Assembly (NCBI GenBank): GCA_013152075.1
Contig: JAADHD010000198.1
Coordinates: 1 to 32,216 of the forward strand
Direction of reading: 5' to 3'
Source: Verrucomicrobiota bacterium
GTDB taxonomy: Bacteria > Verrucomicrobiota > Verrucomicrobiia > Verrucomicrobiales > DEV007
Length of the DNA: 32,216 nucleotides
Every line of letters begins with the position of its first letter. Positions within the stretch are counted from its first letter, which is position 1. The position numbers were made by a program, and so were the translations under genes. This document shows positions 29,025 to 32,216 of the stretch, piece by piece. Below the pieces are notes generated by a model that worked only from the letters and a program-made list of their open reading frames with translations, had not been told where the DNA came from and did no database searches.

Positions 29025-29681
29025 TCACTTTTCAAGCTTGGATTCCAGCTTAGCGATATATTCCTTCGCTGAATCGCCTCCGTAACCGCCAAATTTGCCC
29101 AACTCGTTGAGCTTACTGTCAAGCAAAAAAACGGTCGGATAACCACCGAAGGGGTATTCCGCTTTCAATTTGGCATTCTGTTTTTGAACCGATTTTTTCT
29201 GTGACCCGCGCGGAAAATCAGCCGTCATGAGGATTAAATTTTTATTGGCAAATCGTTTGAATGCACTTTGCTCAAAAACACCCGCCTTCAAACGCGTGCA
29301 GTAGCCGCACCAGTCAGACCCTGTCATAAACAACAGGATAGGCAGCCCGGTTTCCTTGGACTCCTTCCGGGCCTTGTCCCAATCCTCCGTCCATTTAGCT
29401 TTGCGACTGGAAAGCTGGGTCTTTTGATCCGCCTTTGCCAAGGTCGCCTGTTGTTCCTTGATGTATTTCTGATCCTCTTCGGATAACGAATCAATAGGAA
29501 GAATGAACACCTGACGGTTACTTGTAAGTTGCAGACGAACTTTGTCACCATCTACTCGCAGTAACTCCGCCTGAATTTCCTTGCCTGCATTGTTTTTCCA
29601 AGTGCGGGGCTGTGCCTGAATCACTCCGCTGGTAACAATTAGTCCTACGGCGATCACAATAGTTTTCAAAAATGGACGCAT
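29025..29681 (-). CDS. Secreted thioredoxin-fold protein (WCGYC) with an N-terminal SHD1-like domain
   Basis: The likely start is the ATG at 29681 (MRPFLKTIVIAVGLIVTSGVIQAQ signal peptide). The SHD1-like segment is RTWKNNAGKEIQAELLRVDGDKVRLQL..LPIDSLSEEDQKYIKE. The thioredoxin fold reads ILLFMTGSDWCGYCTRL. Confidence 0.8.
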   Translation of the reverse strand: MRPFLKTIVIAVGLIVTSGVIQAQPRTWKNNAGKEIQAELLRVDGDKVRLQLTSNRQVFILPIDSLSEEDQKYIKEQQATLAKADQKTQLSSRKAKWTEDWDKARKESKETGLPILLFMTGSDWCGYCTRLKAGVFEQSAFKRFANKNLILMTADFPRGSQKKSVQKQNAKLKAEYPFGGYPTVFLLDSKLNELGKFGGYGGDSAKEYIAKLESKLEK

Positions 29682-29746
29682 ACTTTTCCTGTGTTGTTTA
29701 TTTCTGCCCAAAGTATATCCCTGAATCAACCAAACCTCAACTTATC

Positions 29747-29771
29747 AGAAAAACGCATTAGGCGCTAATGC
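29747..29771 (-). terminator. Rho-independent terminator after the His-rich operon
   Basis: The minus strand reads GCATTAG-CGC-CTAATGC followed by GTTTTTCTG. It lies 36 nt after the stop at 29808. Confidence 0.7.
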
Positions 29772-29807
29772 CTCAACTGCGCGATCGCACGTCGCACTCA
29801 TTCAGTT

Positions 29808-30206
29808 CTAGCGAAGTCTTTTTACGTTATGAATCCGTGCAGAATACCCATGAATGCCAATCGTCAACCACCGGTCACTGCGACGACTAATAAGGACATG
29901 CGCGCGCTCATGAATATGCCGACTCAGCTCAGGTAAAGGATGATGCATATAGATGTAATAATAGTGATGCCCGTGATACACTTTTGCTTTATAAATGTGA
30001 CCACCATGATCATCGTGTCCCACCTCGCCATAATAAGCATGGATCGTCACATGCGTGCTGTAAGTATCATTGGCGCGAACGAGCTGAGGAAACAGTAGCG
30101 TGCTAGCCAAACACGCTAAGAAAAAAACCAGGCGGCGAATACTCAAGCGGGAGCAAATGATGTGTCTGAATTTCATTGGACTGATCGTTGTTAATTTCCT
30201 GTACAT
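29808..30206 (-). CDS. Secreted His/Tyr-rich small protein (no recognised family)
   Basis: The 132-aa ORF has AGGA 9 nt upstream of its ATG and starts 17 nt after the stop of the upstream repeat protein. The signal-like region is ..LVFFLACLASTLLFPQLVRA. The mature part, NDTYSTHVTIHAYYGEVGHDDHGGHIYKAKVYHGHHYYYIYMHH.., has roughly 15 His and 10 Tyr by hand count. Confidence 0.55.
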   Translation of the reverse strand: MYRKLTTISPMKFRHIICSRLSIRRLVFFLACLASTLLFPQLVRANDTYSTHVTIHAYYGEVGHDDHGGHIYKAKVYHGHHYYYIYMHHPLPELSRHIHERAHVLISRRSDRWLTIGIHGYSARIHNVKRLR

Positions 30207-30223
30207 TGTGTGATCCTACTTGC

Positions 30224-30598
30224 TCAATGCCCCCTGTGAGTACGACGTCCGTAAGAGTGACCGTAAGAGCGGTGACCATACGCACGATGACGTAAGCGCC
30301 CGTGGCCGTATGCATGATGTCCATAGCTACGATGGCCATAAACACGATGCCCATAGTGTCCGTGCCGGTATGAACCATGCCCATAAGCACGATGCACACC
30401 ATAGGAGCCATGCCTGTACGAGCCGTGCCTATTGTGACCACCCCCATGAGATGCAAATCCAAAATTGGCAACAATTCGTAAGCCGTGCCCCGCGCCGTGA
30501 TGTCCCTGAGCTGCAACTTTTTGACTGGTCATAAAACCAAACGTGGCCACCAGGGCAATGATAAGTAAGTGAATTTTCGATGTATTTGAATATTTCAT
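30224..30598 (-). CDS. Secreted His/Gly/Tyr/Arg pentapeptide-repeat protein, paralog 1
   Basis: The likely start is the ATG at 30598 (MKYSNTSKIHLLIIALVATFGFMTSQKVAAQ signal peptide); the track starts at a TTG at 30619. The mature ~93 aa read GHHGAGHGLRIVANFGFAS then HGSYR HGSYG VHRAYG HGSYR HGHYG HRVYG HRSYG HHAYG HGRLR HRAYG HRSYG.., with no Asp, Glu or Lys. Only this frame has a signal peptide. Confidence 0.65.
   Translation of the reverse strand: MKYSNTSKIHLLIIALVATFGFMTSQKVAAQGHHGAGHGLRIVANFGFASHGGGHNRHGSYRHGSYGVHRAYGHGSYRHGHYGHRVYGHRSYGHHAYGHGRLRHRAYGHRSYGHSYGRRTHRGH
30227..30448 (-). repeat. Imperfect 15-nt (pentapeptide) coding tandem repeats
   Basis: In ORF-track numbering, Tyr recurs at residues 84, 89, 94, 99, 104, (109 is Leu), 114 and 119. 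The DNA shows recurring ccataagcacgatg-like units, and the region stays open in several frames, as expected for repeat DNA. Confidence 0.7.
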
Positions 30599-30702
30599 TT
30601 TATTGATTGTTTCGTTCAATCAATTCGACGGAACAGTGTCCGATTTATTCAAAGCTATCATCAAAACTTTCAAAAAAATTAACCTTTTCCCCAAGTTGTC
30701 GG

Positions 30703-30837
30703 TTAGCCCGCATTTTTCATGGCATTTTGTAGGGGGGCACAGGAATGGCTGATTGTGCCAAGGCGATTTCAAGGACAACGTAGGCAGAATCAGCCAGGAC
30801 AAGTCGCAGTAGAAATGTTGTGAAAAATGCGGGCTAG
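30703..30837 (+). other. ~134-nt nested palindromic / highly structured element between the two repeat-protein genes (candidate structured RNA or MITE-like element)
   Basis: A perfect 16-bp inverted repeat, TAGCCCGCATTTTTCA (30704-30719) with TGAAAAATGCGGGCTA (30821-30836), forms the outer stem. Nine more pairs (30720-30728 with 30812-30820) extend it, and four of these are G-U wobbles that work only in a plus-strand RNA. The inner stem is TGGCTGATTGTGCC (30746-30759) with GGCAGAATCAGCCA (30783-30796), pairing at 13 of 14 positions. Confidence 0.5.
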
Positions 30838-30920
30838 ATGGACATCTCTACAGATGCTTGCGGAAAAAACTCCGGCGGCAGCGCCAAGGCAAAAACATGC
30901 TCGCCGGACGATATCTCGAA

Positions 30921-30952
30921 AAGCAGCAAAAAAGAGCGCTCTATGAGCGCTC
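30921..30952 (-). terminator. Rho-independent terminator after repeat-protein paralog 2
   Basis: The minus strand reads GAGCGCTC-ATA-GAGCGCTC (8-bp stem) followed by TTTTTTGCTGCTT. It lies about 70 nt after the stop at 31024. Confidence 0.75.
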
Positions 30953-31023
30953 AACCAGGAAATATTGCTTTTTTTTGGCAATCATAGCTGGCGTTTTAGC
31001 CATTTTTTTACGGGCACAAGCGT

Positions 31024-31398
31024 TTAATGGCTCCTGGAGTAGCCGTGACCGTATGCCCGACGGGTAGTATATCCATGCCCATTGCCACGCCGGCTAGAGG
31101 ATCCATGTCCATAAGAACGGCGCCCGTATGATCCGTGTCCAGCGGATCTGCGGCTGTATGATCCGTGTCCGTATGAGCTTCTGTTGTAATAGCCGTGACC
31201 GTATGCTCTGGAGCTGTAGGAACGGTGGCTGTATGCCCTGCCACCATAAGAGGCATGCCCAAGACTGACACTAATCTGAGCGCCATGGCTAACAGTGCGG
31301 TGCCCTTGAGCGCTGGCTTTCGGGCTGACTACCAATCCGATTGTGGTTACAAGGACGGCGATGAAGAAACTGATTTTTAATTTATTAGGAGTTTTCAT
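31024..31398 (-). CDS. Secreted His/Gly/Tyr/Arg/Ser repeat protein, paralog 2
   Basis: The 124-aa ORF has the signal peptide MKTPNKLKISFFIAVLVTTIGLVVSPKASAQ. The mature ~93 aa read GHRTVSHGAQISVSLGHAS, then period-5 Tyr and six decapeptides: YGHGYYNRSS YGHGSYSRRS AGHGSYGRRS YGHGSSSRRG NGHGYTTRRA YGHGYSRSH. There is no Asp, Glu or Lys. The N-terminal motif AQGH....HG..I....G.AS.GG is shared with paralog 1. Confidence 0.65.
   Translation of the reverse strand: MKTPNKLKISFFIAVLVTTIGLVVSPKASAQGHRTVSHGAQISVSLGHASYGGRAYSHRSYSSRAYGHGYYNRSSYGHGSYSRRSAGHGSYGRRSYGHGSSSRRGNGHGYTTRRAYGHGYSRSH
31027..31257 (-). repeat. Imperfect 15/30-nt coding tandem repeats (penta/decapeptide)
   Basis: GHG recurs exactly every 10 residues (67, 77, 87, 97, 107, 117). 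Tyr recurs at 51, 56, 61, 66, 71, 76, 81, 91, 96 and 116. Confidence 0.7.
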
Positions 31399-31515
31399 TG
31401 TATTGATTTTTTGTCATTCACCTATTTTGACGAAACGGCTGACAACTTATTCAAATCCTTCACAAGAAATTTCCGTAGCGACGCGAATTCGTTCGTGAAC
31501 ATCCGCTTATCAGAG

Positions 31516-32216
31516 TCAGTTATCCCCGCTCGTTGCTTTTATGCTCCACCACCAATCCATCATACCTCGATGCAAATGATATATTGGCAAAGTGACTCCC
31601 TGTCGTTGAATCCGACCGACTCCCTGGCGACTTCGATAGCCACCCGCGCAATAAATCAAAACCGCTGATTTCCCGCTTAGCTGCGCACGAAGTTGTGGAT
31701 CAAATTCAGGGTCATTAATCGGTATGTTAACCGCGCCTGGCAAATGCCTGCCTGTAAACTCCCATTCGGAACGAACATCAAGAACCAACAGGTCCGGAAT
31801 CGAATCGATCAACTGAGCAGCTTCCTTCGCGCGGATGTTTCGCGCGGTTTTTACATCAAATAAATCCGCGTCCCATGAACTTTCAACAGCTTGCCAAACC
31901 AGGGTCATAATCACCAGAATATACAATACCCTCGACAGACGGCTCAGCCACAGCACGATTCCCTGCCCGCTCGCCATCGGCCCGAATGGGATCCAACGCG
32001 GAGTGATTCGCCTATAGGCCTCGTATTCCGAATACCGTTCGCCCAACCACTTTTCCTCCAAACTGCTTTTTACCCATAACACCGCGATCAAGCCCAGCCA
32101 GCAAAACAAATTCAGCCACCTTCCATCGGCCCAAGCTACCATCAAGGCCGCCAGCAAAACCGCTCCATACATGGGATGCCTTACCCGACGATAAGCACGA
32201 GCACGGCAAAGCACTC
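31516..32216 (-). CDS. ICMT/PEMT-like membrane methyltransferase fused to a C-terminal rhodanese domain (N-terminus outside the window)
   Basis: The ICMT-type C-terminal motifs are RHPMYGAVLL and SLEEKWLGERYSEYEAYRRITPRWIPF. An extra hydrophobic helix follows (VLYILVIMTLVWQAV). The rhodanese domain reads LLVLDVRSEWEFTGRHLPGAVNIP..VLIYCAGGYRSRQ, with a CX4R active-site loop. The reading frame is open to the window edge. Confidence 0.8.
   Translation of the reverse strand, partial: VLCRARAYRRVRHPMYGAVLLAALMVAWADGRWLNLFCWLGLIAVLWVKSSLEEKWLGERYSEYEAYRRITPRWIPFGPMASGQGIVLWLSRLSRVLYILVIMTLVWQAVESSWDADLFDVKTARNIRAKEAAQLIDSIPDLLVLDVRSEWEFTGRHLPGAVNIPINDPEFDPQLRAQLSGKSAVLIYCAGGYRSRQGVGRIQRQGVTLPIYHLHRGMMDWWWSIKATSGDN

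Noticed and set aside
30103-30534. The 137-aa minus-strand ORF (30103..30516) and the 104-aa plus-strand ORF (30220..30534) overlapping repeat paralog 1. The equivalents over paralog 2 are 31008..31286 and 31195..31380.
   Set aside because: They are alternative frames kept open by the 15-nt repeat. They lack signal peptides and sensible starts. The 137-aa ORF spans the stop/start junction of two better-supported genes.
30620-31067. The short ORFs 30620..30802 (-), 30790..30981 (-) and 30858..31067 (+) in the gap between the repeat-protein genes.
   Set aside because: They run through the nested palindrome and the GAGCGCTC terminator hairpin, have no ribosome-binding context and have odd composition. 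RNA or DNA structure explains them better than coding.
30227-31257. Whether the periodic DNA repeats could be a CRISPR array or another noncoding tandem repeat.
   Set aside because: The period is 15 nt with no unique spacers. The repeats are imperfect in a codon-like way, are preceded in frame by signal peptides, and are followed by stops and terminators. That pattern indicates coding repeats, not CRISPR.
1-32216. Mobile elements, prophage or defence-island signatures (integrase, transposase, toxin-antitoxin, restriction-modification, CRISPR-Cas).
   Set aside because: No ORF in any frame showed motifs I associate with those families. The window reads as core chromosome, apart from the His-rich cluster.

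Overview
This window is a mostly housekeeping chromosomal segment with about 50% GC, and nearly all genes lie on the minus strand. The domain repertoire (SHD1 domain, a pseudopilin-like DPWGN motif, weak Shine-Dalgarno usage) suggests a PVC/Verrucomicrobiota-like bacterium, but that is a low-confidence inference. Reading down the minus strand, the genes are: an ICMT-like methyltransferase/rhodanese fusion (partial); a cluster of three small secreted His/Tyr/Gly/Arg-rich proteins; an SHD1-thioredoxin protein; a PhoD-like phosphatase; (plus strand) a MidA-like methyltransferase; PBP1A; tyrS; a zinc-ribbon protein; (plus strand) DUF1015 and pepP; a POT peptide transporter; a small frameshifted gene; a frameshifted secreted esterase; scpA; scpB; a truncated chorismate mutase/prephenate dehydratase; pheA; gltB; gltD; and a second gltB paralog that runs off the window start and is missing from the ORF track. 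I found no rRNA, tRNA, CRISPR array, transposase or integrase. The most unusual locus is 29.8-31.4 kb. It holds two paralogous signal-peptide proteins whose mature parts are almost pure period-5/period-10 [H/R][G/R]xYG (GHGxY-type) repeats with no acidic residues. It also holds a co-transcribed His/Tyr-rich protein, duplicated upstream modules, clean intrinsic terminators and a ~134-nt nested palindromic element. Other notable points are a ~100-nt promoter/leader module duplicated in front of both gltB paralogs, a GspG-pseudopilin-like domain inserted in the POT transporter, two adjacent homopolymer frameshifts, and an internally shortened CM-PDT protein beside an intact pheA. All homology calls come from motif recognition by eye; no database searches were run.
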